A stretch of DNA of 64,000 nt, taken from assembly GCF_021028975.2 (NCBI RefSeq), contig NC_059438.1:35960001-36024000 (forward strand). Direction: 5' to 3'. The position numbers and the translations under genes are program-made. The notes below the pieces were generated by a model, which was given only the letters and a program-made list of their open reading frames with translations, did not search any database and had not been told where the DNA came from. The stretch is from Sphaerodactylus townsendi. Taxonomy: Eukaryota. Positions 11,087 through 23,794 of this stretch are shown here, piece by piece (the first letter of the stretch is position 1; every line of letters begins with the position of its first letter).

Positions 11087-12983
11087 AAGCAGAGACTGGG
11101 TCTCTACGACCAAGGGAGCTTTCCGATGGACCACCCCATTCTCCACCGGTGTGGGGGAGGTCTTAAAGGGGCAGTACAAACGGTGTAGGCTTGGAAGCCA
11201 ATTTGCCAGCTGTCACTGCCTGATTTTCCCAAGATAATTATCTTAACATTTAATCCCATGTCACTGCAAGCTTTTATATGCATTATTGAACGTTCCGAGC
11301 ATTTCAACTCATTAAGGACCACCTCTTTGTTTTCAAATGGTTACACGGAAAACCAAGGAACGGCATATTTTCCTTGACATTCTAATTTTATCTGAGGCGC
11401 ACACGGCAGAACTCACGCACCATTGCACAATTAAGCGATGCGCTGCTATTTGCTAGGAGCGCTTTAAAGGACACAAGCGGATCGTCAGAAAAGCCTTCAA
11501 AGAAAAAAACAAACATTCGCTAACGAAGATAACAACAGCGCGTCAAAGTTCACTTACGTTGTACCTCTGTCTTTAATCTCCAAATAGAGCCCCCCACCCC
11601 GCAAATCTCAGAAATAGAACATCCAATGCCTGAAGGGGAATGGATCCTAGGAACCCAAAACGTAGTTCCCCCAATTCAAATCTGCATTCAGGAGGGGGTT
11701 ACTGAAGGGATGGGCCCGTTGTGTCTTATCCCTCTGCCTCGGCTATAGATTTTACACTGCAGACAGTGCTTGTCATTTTTAACTTCATATGATTTAATTT
11801 AAAAGTGCTTTATAAATAATAAATGTCACTATTACTATTTCATCAGTAAGAACCTGCTGCTTACTGAGACACAAGAAATGAACGATTCGCTGTTTATGTC
11901 CAGGACATTTCTTTTCCCACCAGGAAGTGCAATGGGAGCTTTCGCTGATTGCGTGGGCTGGAACATCCAGCCTATTCCTGCCGCTTTTCGACTGCCCCAC
12001 GGAAGGCAGAGCTGTCCTAAGGAGAGCTTTTTCAGAGAAATAAATACAGATGTGGAGAAGAACGGTACTGCAGTGGCAACTTCCAGCTGTACATTCACTG
12101 GAAAATGTACATAAGTGCACATGCTCTACTTCTCTTCCCCCCAAACCAAGTCCAGAATCCTGCTTTTCTAGCAAGTGAAACTGCCACATGTTTTTATTTC
12201 ACTCTGCAAGTGCTAAAACAGGTCCTGTCTTTCATAGTATTTCATGGTAGATGCACTAGGAAATACATGAGCGTAATCGCTGCAGATAAAAACATGCAGC
12301 GAACACACAGCAGTTCACAACACAGTCTGTGCACATTGCACACTTCATTTTTTAAAATACATGGGTTGAGCAACTCTCATGTTACATTCGATGCATGTAC
12401 AGCCGAACATGTGATTTAAACCCTACATATATCGAAGGACTGGTCTTCCCATAAAATGAATGTTTGTTGGCTGTGTCTCACAAACAGCTGTACTGCATTT
12501 GCATGCAGGTTGCACATGTGTTCAGTGTGACACGTGAACAGGACTAGTGTATTCATTTGTTCTGGAGCGTGTGGCACAGTCATCACTGTACTGAGATTCT
12601 GTTTTAGCTTTGCGTATTTTACTGTTCCCAAATGTTCCGCTAATGGAACAAATGGTCCCAAAGTCTGTTAATCAAACCTGCGCCATTTGATTCTTCCCAG
12701 TATGTTGCTTGGACAGGGTACCTGGGGCTGCCTGCCCCAGTTGTAGCAGAAGTCCAAGGATTTCTGCACCCAGGGGCAGGATACACCATTCAGCCTGTTC
12801 CTTCCTTGTTTTCTAGCAATGTCATTTTCTCCACAACCTCACATTTTGTAATCGGGAGTGAGAATATAGTTAATAGACAAAAAAGATGGTTTCTCAAGAA
12901 TCACAAGCCTCAGTCACCATTCACTTGAGTTGCTAAAAACTAAAAACCATCCTAATGATCAAAGAAGGAACACAGAAGGAGTG

Positions 12984-13601
12984 GGAAGAGTTTGGATTTA
13001 TAACCTCCTTTCTCTCCTGTAAGGAGACTCAAGGCAGTTTACAACCTCTTCCTCTCCCCACAACAGATACCTTAGGACATAGGTGTCAAATTCACGGCCC
13101 TCCCGATGTTATGGACTACAGTTCCCATCATGCTGGCAGGGATGATGGGAACTGTAGTCCATAACATCTGGAGGGCTACGAGTTTGACACCTGTGCCTTA
13201 GGACAGTGGTGGCGAACGTTTGGCACTCCAGATGTTATGGACTACAGTTCCCATCAGCCCCTGCCAGCATGGCCAATTGGCGAATGTTTGGCACTCCAGA
13301 TGTTATGGACTACAATTCCCATCATCCCTTGCCAGCATGATGCCGCCAGGGGATGATGGGAACTGTAGTCCATATCATCTGGAGTGCCAAACATTCGCCA
13401 CCACGGCCTTAGGAGGTAAGTAAGGCTGAGAGAGTTCTACAAGAACTGTAACTAGCCCCAAATCACCCAGCAGGCTTCACGTGGAGAAGCAGGGAAACAA
13501 ATCCAGTCTACCAGATACGAGTCCGGTGATCATATGGAGGAGTGGGGAATTGAACCTGGTTCTCCAGATTACAATCCACCACTCTCAACCACTACACCAC
13601 A
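12984..13601 (-). mobile_element. Older Squam3-like tRNA/CORE SINE interrupted by two tandem hAT MITEs
   Basis: gaagagtttggattta... tail end and ...aaccactacaccac head end; MITEs inserted at the ccttagga site. Confidence 0.75.
13078..13406. mobile_element. Two different hAT MITEs in tandem (13078-13195 and 13204-13406) sharing one target
   Basis: ccttagga occurs three times (13070-13077, 13196-13203, 13407-13414); TIRs cataggtgtcaaa/tttgacacctgtg and cagtggtggcgaac/ttcgccaccacgg. Confidence 0.9.
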
Positions 13602-14160
13602 ACTACAACAGGGCAGCTACTAAATAAAACCAGCAGGCTGCATGTAGATTACTGAACACTGTGAAATGCAATCTACGTAAAGTACACCTTATCAGAAACC
13701 GAAGATTAAACATACGATTGGATTCCAGGGATCTGTTCTGCAAGAAGGGGCGCTTTAGGGGAAACGAACCATCCCCTGACGCAAGGCATTTGGAGGGATC
13801 CTGCTTCAGGGATGATTCCTTCTGCCAGAAGCAAGTGCCTGTGCTAGCAGAATGGATCCATGCATTTGCTCTCAGATATTATCAAATGCCAGACCAAAGA
13901 CCACCGCGTGCCAAACAGTTGCGCTTTTCAAAAATCAAGGCAAACCTGTACAAAACCTCACACAGTTCATTAAAATGGTGTCCCACAACTTCATTTACTA
14001 CAGAGCCCAGGAGTTGGGAATGTTGAAATCAGGTCCTTCCGGGAACTGTGCCAAAGCCTTGTATGTTCTACCGCCCCCCCCCCCCAAGTCTCTCCCTCTC
14101 CTCCATAACATGCAGCCTTCTTGACCTCCCCAGTCCTATTGCTCACAGACTACCCATGTA

Positions 14161-14393
14161 CCCTGTTTCCCCGAAAATAAGACAGTGTCTTATATTAATT
14201 TTTGCTCCCAAAGATGTGCTATGTCTTAATTTCAGGGGATGTCTTAGTTTTCTGGTGTTCTGTTCGACGGGCATGCTTCCAAATAAAAACTTTGCTACGT
14301 CTTACTTTCGGGGGATGCTTTATATTTAGCACTTCAGCAAAACCTCTACGACGTCTTATTCTCAGGGGATGTCTTATTTTCGGGGAAACAGGG
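14161..14393. mobile_element. Tc1/mariner (pogo/Tigger-like) MITE
   Basis: TIRs ccctgtttccccgaaaataagaca...tgtcttattttcggggaaacaggg; TA on both sides. Confidence 0.85.
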
Positions 14394-14854
14394 TACCAGC
14401 CTGCCTGCAATTGAATGACCAATGGTGTGGCAGAGGATTACACCACAGATTTATACTCGGGTAACTGTAATTTCCCACTGGCAGGAGGCTCCTGGAAATG
14501 TAGGTCAGATGTGATTTTCATTGGAGACAGGCAGCAAACCTACGTCTGGGTTGCAACACTTCAGTTTGGTTAACATGCGCGAATGCGTCTTCTCACAACA
14601 AAAGCATTCCCTGCATGCAGAAAATCAGCATGTCACCTGAAAAGGTTCTAACCTATATTTTTTTCTGACATGCTAATTTTCTATCTATGGGGGGGGGGAG
14701 GTTGGATTTTCAACAGAGCAGCACTCCAGCACACGAGCAGTCAGCTACATTTGCCACCTTAACACAGATTTATCACCCCCCAATGAAGACCAGATAGCTG
14801 CTCGGAAGTCAACAGTTCTCAACACCTGGGAAGAGGCCAGGGCAGCAAAACTGT

Positions 14855-14995
14855 GGCCCCTTCCGCACAGACAGTATAATGCATTTTCAATCCACTTTCA
14901 ATGCACTTTGCAGCTGTGCGGAATAGCAAAATCCACTTTCAAACCATTGTGAAAGTGAATTGAAAGTGCATTATTCTGCACGTGCGGAAGGGGCC
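14855..14995. mobile_element. PIF/Harbinger-like 141-bp MITE
   Basis: TIRs ggccccttccgcac...gtgcggaaggggcc; 3-bp TSD tgt. Confidence 0.85.
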
Positions 14996-15273
14996 TGTTC
15001 TGAAACTGATCTATGCCTGTGATGCAGATATTTCAGAGAATAATCGTAAGAACATTTATCCATCTTCCAAAGCCTTAAACTCCTTGGCAGAACATGGGAT
15101 AGTGGCGGCTCTTATCTTGCAAAGAAGAACTGACCCCAGCTGATACCAGATATATTGGAGTAATTAGTGGAATTGGAGTAATTAGTGTAACTGGGAGATA
15201 CCAGCATTGAAAATGAATTGGTGTACCCGAAAATGGCCAATTATTAAGTTTTATTAATATGTATGAATATATA

Positions 15274-15501
15274 CCCTGTTTCCCTGAATATAAGACATCC
15301 CCTGAAAATAAGACGTAGTAGAGATTTTGCTGAAGTGCGAAATATAAGGCATCCCCCGAAATTAAGACGTAGCAAAGTTTTTGTTTCGAAGCATGCCCGA
15401 CAAACAGAACACAGAAAAATAAGACATCCCCTGAAAATAATAGCTCATTTTTGGGAGCAAAAATTAATATAAGACACTGTCTTATTTTCGGGGAAACACG
15501 G
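15274..15501. mobile_element. Tc1/mariner (pogo/Tigger-like) MITE, inverted copy of 14161-14393
   Basis: Same TIRs and TA flanks; internal sequence is the reverse complement of the first copy. Confidence 0.85.
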
Positions 15502-15745
15502 TAGTATAGTTTAATTACATGAAGAAAGAATATAGGACAATACCATTGCGTATGTATATGTGAATAGAAGTATTGGAGTTTAATCATAAAGAGCGTTTAA
15601 GAAGTTGCCAGCCAGTGTGCTACGCGTTTCTTGTTGTATACATGTCAGTACATAGTACACACACCTTTTTGCGTTGCTATGTTCAGAGGTATGTCATGGC
15701 GAGATGTATTTGTGCCATAGAGAGAAACAGACCTCGCCGTGACAT

Positions 15746-15818
15746 GCCTCTGAAGATGCCAGCAATAGATTCAGGTGAAAACGTTAGGAGCAAACACAGC
15801 CCAGAAAACCCACAACTA
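15746..15818 (+). mobile_element. Degenerate Penelope-derived fragment with a decayed hammerhead core
   Basis: cctctgaagatgccagcaatagattcaggtgaaaacgttaggag, a diverged version of 28644-28686. Confidence 0.55.
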
Positions 15819-15935
15819 ATTCATGTCAAGCTTTGAGGCCTAGAAGCCACAGACCACCAGGAATTTGCAGAGGTTTCCAAGAGAGTTCATACCACACAAG
15901 GCAGGCTTGCGTTTAATTCCTGAAAGGGCTTAAGG

Positions 15936-16007
15936 CAAGGGTGTCTAACTCTGGTGCTTCAGACGTTCATGGACTACAATTCCCATCAGCCCCAGGGGAC
16001 ACCTCTG
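15936..16007. mobile_element. Internally deleted hAT MITE
   Basis: caagggtgtc...gacacctctg; degenerate TSD gcttaagg/gcctaggg. Confidence 0.65.
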
Positions 16008-17050
16008 GCCTAGGGTATCTGCTGGTGTAGGTGTGGTTCCACAGCACCTGGCAAGGAACTGCAGTACAACATCCATATAGATTGATCGGTTTTTACAAGC
16101 CCACACACCGCATCGTTTCTGGATTATCTCATAGTTTCATATAAATGATAAGAAGATACATAAATACCTCACACACCTACTCGTTTCTCTTATAAATATT
16201 AAATGAGTCCACCCGTGAAAGCTGCTAACCAAGCTTCCCTTGAAATTATAACAAAGAGTCCATAATGCCAGGGCCCTAGAATTTCCAGTTTCTCTAGGGT
16301 CTGTAGGTTTAAGCTGCAAAGTGACACAGAAGTGGGGCCCTACATGCTTCGTAGGTTTTAACGTACAGTCATAAGCAGCTTAGACCCTACAGACCTTTAG
16401 GCCCCTCCCTTCAATACAGTTTCCCCCCCTCCGTATGGCCTACTTCTTGTTGGGTTGGTATATCTGCCTCGGGGATATTCCATTTTAGACTGCAGATGGG
16501 TAGATTGCAAAGGGGGAGGGGGGACCCCCGTACATAGAAAACTAGCATGTCAGAAAGCTAGGAGGGAATGCCAAATGAAACAAAAAGGAAGATGCCAACA
16601 GGAGCGCTCTGGAATTCTCTACCCAAGGAAATTCGTCTGTCGCTTTCTGTTGCCGACTTTGGCCAGCGGGTGAATTCTTTTGTGTTTCATTTAGCATTCC
16701 CTCAGTGATTCCCTCTCTAACCAATGCTTTTAAATGTTTTGCATGTGTTTATAACTGTTTTGTATTTACTTCATTTTTAAAAATACTCTTTTCTAATTTG
16801 TTTAAACGAACTACGTCTAAGAGGAGAGGTGATGTTAGTGGCCTTAAACATCATTTTATCGTGTACGTTTTAAATTGTTAGCCACCTTGGCGGATCTTGT
16901 CAGGGCAGGGAAGTGGGATATACCTTCTGTCAATAAAAGAAAATAAACATGCCTTCTGCATAGTTTTCTATGTGAAGGGAATGGGGGGGGGGAGGTGACA
17001 ACACCAGGTGAGCCACTGGCTTGCAATCTGGTGCAACTCAAATACAGATT

Positions 17051-17370
17051 GAAGAAGAAGAAGAAGAAGAAGAGGAGGAGGAGGAGGAGGAGTTTGGATT
17101 TATATCCCCCCTTTCTCTCCTGCAGGAGACTCAAAGGGGCTGACAATCTCCTTGCCCTTCCCCCCTCACAACAAACACCCTGTGAGGTAGGTGGGGCTGA
17201 GAGAGCTCTGAGAAGCTGTGACTAGCCCAAGGTCACCCAGCTGGCACGTGTGGGAGTGTACAGGCTAATCTGAATTCCCCAGATAAGCCTCCACAGCTCA
17301 GGCGGCAGAGCGGAGAATCAAACCCGGTTCCTCCAGATTAGATATACGAGCTCTTAACCTCCTACGCCAC
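17051..17370 (-). mobile_element. Young Squam3-like (MIR/CORE, tRNA-headed) SINE with (CTT)n/(CCT)n tail
   Basis: On its own strand: A box TGGCGTAGGAGG, B box GGTTTGATTC, CORE ctgggtgaccttgggctagtcac...cctacctcacagggtg; near-identical to the copies at 18241, 24562 and 45674. Confidence 0.85.
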
Positions 17371-17640
17371 AGTGGGAACGATGCTCTACCCATGGAGATC
17401 ACAGGCCTCCGTGCATCAGTATATCCGGGGTTGTGGCATACTCAGTGGCTACAGGATGACTCTGGAATTCCCTTTCCCTTTTTAGTCTGACAAAAGGCCA
17501 AACTCTTGACTTTTCAACAAAAGTGTTGCAAAACCTTCAACTTGGTCAACCGCAGAACAGGAGGGAAAATGAAAAAGTTTTACTTTATTTTTTTTCTTTT
17601 GCCATCAAGTCACAGTTGCCTTATGGGAGCCCTGTCGTAA

Positions 17641-18622
17641 GTAGGGCTGCCAAACTCATTTGTTGTGAGGGCCAGATAGGACCTCGGTGTGACTTGGTTG
17701 GGCCAGGGCCGGGCCTCAGGGGCAGCTGACCAGCAAGCTCGCCAGCCCAGATTTGCACTGGGGGGGGGGTGGCTACTTTGACTGTCGGGCCCACAATGGG
17801 CTTGCTGGCCCAAAATTACACTGGAGGAGATTGTCAGTAGTGGGGTGGAAGTTGCCTCAGCTGGTGAGCCCACAGCAGCCTTGCCAGCCTAGATCAGCAG
17901 TGTGTGTGTGAAGGGGAGGGGGGGTACCTCGGCTGGTGAGCCTACAGTGGGACCATCAATTCAGAATGGCACCGGGGGAGGCGATCAGCACTGGAGGAAG
18001 GGGGAGTGGCTGCTTCAGCTGATGACATCACAGTAGGCTTGCCAGCCCGGATCAGCACTAGGCGGGAGGGGGCGGCTGCCTCAATTGGTGAGGTAATCAG
18101 GCCATATTGGCAGTGTGTGTGTGTGTGTGGGGGGGGGGGCTGCTGTGGGCCCGCCAATTCAGAACGGCACTGGGGCAGGTGACAGCACTGGAGAGGGACG
18201 GCTGCCTCAGCTGGCTCATGGGCCTGATAAGCCCTCTTAGGAGGAGCAGCAGTGGCGTAGGAGGCGTAGGAGGAGCAGCAGTGGCGTAGGAGGTTAAGAG
18301 CTCGTGTATCTAATCTGGAGGAACCGGGTTTGATTCCCCGCTCTGCCACCTGAGCTGTGGAGGCTTATCTGGGGAATTCAGATTAGCCTGTACACTCCCA
18401 CACACGCCAGCTGGGTGACCTTGGGCTAGTCACAGCTTCTCGGAGCTCTCTCAGCCCCACCTACCTCACAGGGTGTTTGTTGTGAGGGGGGAAGGGCAAG
18501 GAGTTTGCCAGCCCCTCTGAGTCTCCTGCAGGAGAGAAAGGAGAGATATAAATCCAAGCTCTTCTTCTCTTCTTCTCTCAAAGGGCTGGATTCGGTCCCT
18601 GGGCAGCAAGTTTGATACCCTG
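17641..18622. mobile_element. Larger non-autonomous hAT element with an internal degenerate GC-rich minisatellite; host of a nested SINE
   Basis: Ends tagggctgccaaactcatttg... and ...aagtttgataccctg; repeated units such as gctgcctcagctggtgagcc and gccagccc-gatcagcact in 17730-18235. Confidence 0.55.
18241..18576 (+). mobile_element. Young Squam3-like SINE with duplicated 5' head
   Basis: gaggagcagcagtggcgtaggagg occurs twice at the 5' end; (CTT)-rich tail. Confidence 0.85.
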
Positions 18623-18654
18623 GATGTGGGGATTTCAAGAGACTTTCAGGGTTG

Positions 18655-19342
18655 GTTTTGCCATTGCCTGCCTCTGGGTCACATCCCTGGTATTCCTTGG
18701 AGGTCTCCCATCCAAATACTTGCCAGGGTCGAGGCTGAAAGTGTGTGATGGGTTCGAGGTCACCCAGCAAGTTTCTATGGCCGAGTGGGAATTTGAACCC
18801 GGGTTTCCCGAATTCGACACCTTAACCACCACATCACACTGGTTATCTTTATTTATTTGTTTGTTTGAATACGCCCCAAATTTAATTACACTGGCCCTAG
18901 AGTAACAGCATATTTAGAAATATTTTTACAAAACTAGCCCAGAACTCGCACTGCAGTCCTGAACAGATTCATGCTATTCTAAGCAGGTGGACTTAAATTA
19001 CAGGTGTCCAACTCGGGCGCTTCAGATGTTCATGGACTACAATTCCCATCAACCCTGCTGGCATGGCCAATGGCATGCAAGGGAGGGGAGGAAAGGAAAG
19101 GAAAGGGTTCCCAGCATCTGGACCTGCCCCACTCACCCTAGCAGAGGGAAGGGGAGGGAGTGAGGAGTGGCATGCAAGGGAGGGGAGGGGAGGCCATGCC
19201 AGCAGGGGTTGATGGGAATTGTAGTCCATGAACATCTGAAGCGCCAGAGTTGGACACCCCTGACTTCAATGGTGTAACTTTGATGGGGATGACTGTGTTG
19301 GAGCCCCCCCCCCCCCTCCACAAGCTGAAGACAGCCCACCAG
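18655..19342 (+). repeat. Direct repeat copy A (copy B at 26543-26953): 5S/tRNA-SINE pieces plus non-SINE sequence, with a hAT MITE inserted at 18999-19262
   Basis: Colinear with 26543-26953 through ...ctccacaagctgaagacagcccaccag. MITE TSD acttaaat/acttcaat; copy B has a single acttaaat at 26884-26891. Confidence 0.85.
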
Positions 19343-19954
19343 CCATGTCTGGTTTGCTCACTTATTGGCTTATTTTTTTGCTGCTTATTTGCAATTGCAA
19401 AAAACTGGGGCGGGGGCTGTGAAGCATCTGGCAGGCCGCAGCGCCCAGCGGGTGGGCTGCATTTGTCTCAGTGAGGTGCAAGTGTTGCAGACCTGAAATT
19501 CAATCGAAAACATGGAATAACAGAAGCTCACACCTGCTAAAACAAGATGGCTCACCTGCGAGTGGGTTTTTTTTTGTCCTTAAAGTGTTACTTTCCCCAG
19601 AAAACAAAGTAAAACCACCAACCACAAACACACGCTTGACCGCTGACAATTCAAATAATGTAGAATGCATCAAACTCCAAACTCTGGACCAACATCCTCT
19701 CTAGAAGTCCTTCCATCACCTTTGTTCTCACCTTATTCCACTACAATGATGTCAAAATCAAGATGGACAACCCTGTTGACTGGCCACTGGCCAGAGAAAG
19801 TGCATCAGGTGTGGACAGAGACCTGCACTAGGAGTGGCCGCTCCCAGAGTATGACAGGTGGGTTCCTTCCGCAAGGCAGTATCTAGACTCAGAGAAACCA
19901 TTTTCTGCCCCCCAACTCGTAGGTGATGTAACAGACCACTGACAATCTGAGCTC

Positions 19955-20053
19955 CAGTGGTGGCGAACCTTTGGCACCAATTGGCCATGCTGGCAGGGGC
20001 TGATGGGAATTGTAGTCCTTAACATCTGGAGTGCCAAAGGTTCGCCACCACAA
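19955..20053. mobile_element. Internally deleted hAT MITE
   Basis: cagtggtggcgaacctttggcac...gtgccaaaggttcgccaccac. Confidence 0.75.
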
Positions 20054-20378
20054 GCAGACAATAGCCGACCCTAACGGACCAAGGAGCATCAGCCAACTGT
20101 GAACCAAACACCTTCAAGTTCCATTAAGAATTCTCTTTTTCCTGCCATAATAATTGAAAATGACCTCTTGAAGCAAAATGCCATTAAAGCCCTCTGCCAA
20201 ATTGCCTTCTGTTGCTTTCCTTCTTCTAGTTACACTTGCTTGACTGTATACACAATATAGTTAACTTTACCCCATTCCCTGAGGTTGCAAGTATGCAAAA
20301 TACACCTTGCAGTTAAGTCCCTGTAATACGTAAACAGGCAAAACACATGGGCTAGAGCCTCAAGAAAACGTTATAGGT

Positions 20379-20876
20379 CCGTGGTGGCGAACCTATGGCA
20401 CGGGTGCCAGAGGTGGCACTCAGAGCCCTCTCTGTGGGCACGCACAAACAGAGTCGCCCCCCTCCCCACATCTAGGCTGGCCTGGGCCACTGGGCTCGAT
20501 TATTAGCATTAAACCTAAGACCTAGTTTTGGGGAAGCAGTGTAGGTAACCCTGTTAAGCGCTGTTAAACCCCACTGATTTTCATGAGATGAACTAAAGCA
20601 CAATACTTTACCTGGGAGTAAGCTTGGTTGCTGGCAATGGGGCTTATTTCTGAGTCATTATTCACCTGTTGGAAGAGTTGTATGGTTGCTTCAAAGCAAA
20701 GCCACCGACTACCACTAAGCTTACTCCCGAGTAACGCACGTCTCGGAGCCAACTGTTTTTTTCTAAACTAAAACCTCAGTATTCAGGTTAAATTGCCATG
20801 TTGGCACTTTGTGATAAATAAGTGGGTTTTGGGTTGCAATTTGGACACTCAGTCTCGAAAAGGTTCGCCATCTCTG
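20379..20876. mobile_element. About 500-bp non-autonomous hAT element
   Basis: TIRs ccgtggtggcgaacc/ggttcgccatctctg; TSD ttataggt; relatives at 36546-37008 and 49356-49912. Confidence 0.88.
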
Positions 20877-21364
20877 TTATAGGTTGTTTTGCTTTAGCAG
20901 TCTGGGAAAACCACCCAAGCAACAGGGCACCAAGCATTCTTTCAATATATATTCTTATTAAGAAATCCATTAGATTATATACACAGTTTTTGTCTCTTTA
21001 CAGTCCTCTGGGCCTGTGGAGCCTCCCCTTGATCCCCATTACAAAACCAGAAACATTGAAATTATCCATCAGAGGCGTCAGTGTGTAGCTCAGCCACCGC
21101 AGGCCACGTAATCAGCTCCCACTGATTTAGGAACCGTTACCCAAAGAATTCTGGGAACCAACCAACTTCATCCAAAGGGAATAACACAAGGAAATGAACA
21201 GGGGGGTTAAACAGGGGGCTCTTGATAATAAACGCAAACAACACATCACCTGGGACAAGAGAAACAGGTTTCATGGGAACAGTGGTCTGCCTCCTAGTCA
21301 ATGCACGATCAGAATTGTGTTTTCCAGACTTTGTAGGACAAAAAAAAAGAGGAGAATACGTTAC

Positions 21365-23794
21365 CTCGGAGGGCACCAGATGCCTACTGTTTGTGCCCGT
21401 TATCTGGTTCGCTATTGCAGGATCGCATCTGGCGAGAGTGTTCTGGCAGCTACCCAAGGGACTGGGGGTAAAGGGCATTTTGTACAGAAGTTCGCTCTGA
21501 CGGGAGTCAGTAGTGAGGACCTGCTGGTAGAAGTGCGGAGGAGCAAACCCACTCCGCACGGTGTCTATGTGGTTGAAAGGTCCCGGGGTCCTGTAAAGGG
21601 TGCTTCTGGAGGCCTTGAATATATCCTTGGATCGCCTCCACTTGTAGAATTTGTAAAGGCCCACCCCGAGCACTGTGAGAAAGAAGGCCACCGAGATCAA
21701 GATCACAGCAAGGATTAAATAGAAAGTCAAGTGCTTCTTCGTTTGGGGCGCGAGGGGCATCATCGCCAGGTCTGTAAAGGTCTCCCTAGACGCCTCTGCT
21801 ACCGTTACACTGAGGGTCACGGTGGCGGATAAGGCCGGTTCCCCGTTGTCTTTTATTAAGATGACCAACGTTTGCTGGCGGGAGTCTTCCGCCTGCAACG
21901 AGCGAACTGTGCTGACCTCCCCGGAGTGCAGGCCCACTGCGAAGAGGCCCGGGTCCGTGGCTTGAAGGAGCACATAGGAAAGCCAGGCGTTGTAACCGGC
22001 GTCCGCATCCCACGCCACAATCTTGGTGACCATGTAGCCGGGGCTGACCGTGGGTGAGACGGTCTCTGGAAGCAAAGAACTGCCATTTGCACGCGGGTAT
22101 AAGACTTGGGGCGGATTGTCGTTTTGATCCGTGACAAATACGCTGACCGTGAGGTTAGTGGCGAGGGGCGGGGTGCCCCCGTCACGGACTTGGACCACCA
22201 TCCTGAACTCCATTATATCCTCATGGTCCAGAGGCACTAAGACATAAATAGTACCGTTGTCCCGATTGATGGAGAAGTACCTGCCTGCCAGATCGCTCGA
22301 GGCCTTATTGCTGTCCAGGATGGAGTAGGAAAGGTGGGCGTTCCTGTTCAGGTCTGGGTCAGAAGCACTGACATTAAGAATCAGGCTCCCGGGTGGGTTG
22401 TTCTCTTCCACATACAGGTCGTAGGAGGGCTGCGGGAATTGGGGCGGGTTGTCGTTGATATCGGCCACTTTCACCAGCACCTGCTTTTCCTCCACGAGAG
22501 GAGGCGAACCCCCATCCCGGGCCGTGATGGTGATGTTGTACTCCGAGACAAGCTCCCTATCCAAGGGTTCTTTGGTTTGCAAGGTGTAGTAGTTTTTAAG
22601 CGAGGAGCTAAGGGCAAAGGGGATGCCGGACGGTATAAAGCAGTGGACCAGTCCGTTGTCACCGGAGTCCTGGTCGGTGACGCTCAGCAAGGCGATGACG
22701 GTCCCCGGCGCCGCATCCTCGGGTACCGGACTGTACACCGAAGTGACCGTGATTTCTGGGGTGTTGTCGTTCGCATCCAGGATCTCCACCTGCACTTTGC
22801 AGTGCGCCACGGCGGGATTGGCCCCCTTGTCTTTGGCCTGGATGTAAATCTCGTAGGCCTTGGCCTCCTCGAAATCCAGGGAGCCCTTGAGCCGCAGCTC
22901 CCCGGTGGCCGGGTCCAGGCCGAAGAGCTGGCGGACCCGAGCCGGGGTGTGGCTGCTGAAGGAGTACAGGATCTCGCCGTTGGGGCCCTCGTCCAGGTCG
23001 ACGGCGCGGGGCTGGGCCACCAGGGAGCCCACGGGGGTGTCCTCGGGCAGGCGGGCGCTGTAGACGGAGCGGTTGAAGACGGGCGCGTTGTCGTTGGCGT
23101 CCAGCACGTCGACCAGCACCTGCAGGTCGGCGGAGCGCGGGGGGCTGCCGCCGTCGAGGGCGGTGAGGGTCAGGCGCAGCTGGGGCTGCCGCTCGCGGTC
23201 CAGCGCCTGGCGCAGCACCAGCTCGGCGTACTTGGTGCCGTCGCCGCGGGCCTGCACCTGCAGGGCGAAGTGGGGCTCGGCATTGCTGAGCAGGTAGGTC
23301 TGCACCGCGTTGGCCCCGACGTCGGGGTCGTGCGCGCTCTCCAGCGGGAAGCGCGCGCCCGGCGCCACCGCCTCGCTGACCTCCAGGCGCGCCTGGCGGG
23401 CGGGGAAGGCCGGCGCGTGGTCGTTCACGTCGCGCACCTCCACGGCCACGCCGAACAGCTCCAGCGGGCTCTCGGCCACCAGCTGCAGGCTCAGCACGCA
23501 CGGCCACAGCGCCCCGCACAGCGCCTCCCGGTCCAGCCGCTCGCGCACCGCCAGCCGCCCGCTGCCCAGCTCCGCCGCGAACAGCCCGCGCCCGCCGGCC
23601 TCCACCAGGCGCAGGTTGCGGCCCGGCGGCGCCGGCACGGGCAGGCCCAGGTCAGCCAGCAGGTCGCCCACCGGCGAGCCCGGCGGCAGCTCCTCCGGCA
23701 CGGCGTAGCGCAGCGAGGCCCTCGCCAGCCCCAGCGCCAGCCACGCCGCCGCCGCCGCCGCCAGCAGCAGCCGCCGCGCCGCCCCGCCGCTCAT
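21365..23794 (-). CDS. PCDHGC3: Protocadherin gamma-C3 variable exon (810 codons)
   Basis: ATG 23794. C3-diagnostic stretches: EVSEAVAPGARFPLESAHDPDVG, EIYIQAKDKGANP, EITVTSVYSPVPEDA, SSLKNYY, RYFSINRDNG, LYRTPGP, LTTDSR, QNTLARCDP. Donor GAG|GTAAC at 21365/21364. Confidence 0.95.

Noticed and set aside
13070-13414. Regularly repeated short direct repeats with spacers (CRISPR-like)
   Set aside because: Eukaryotic DNA; these are hAT target-site duplications around MITEs.
18270-18350. tRNA-like A and B boxes
   Set aside because: Heads of Squam3-like SINEs; no complete cloverleaf.
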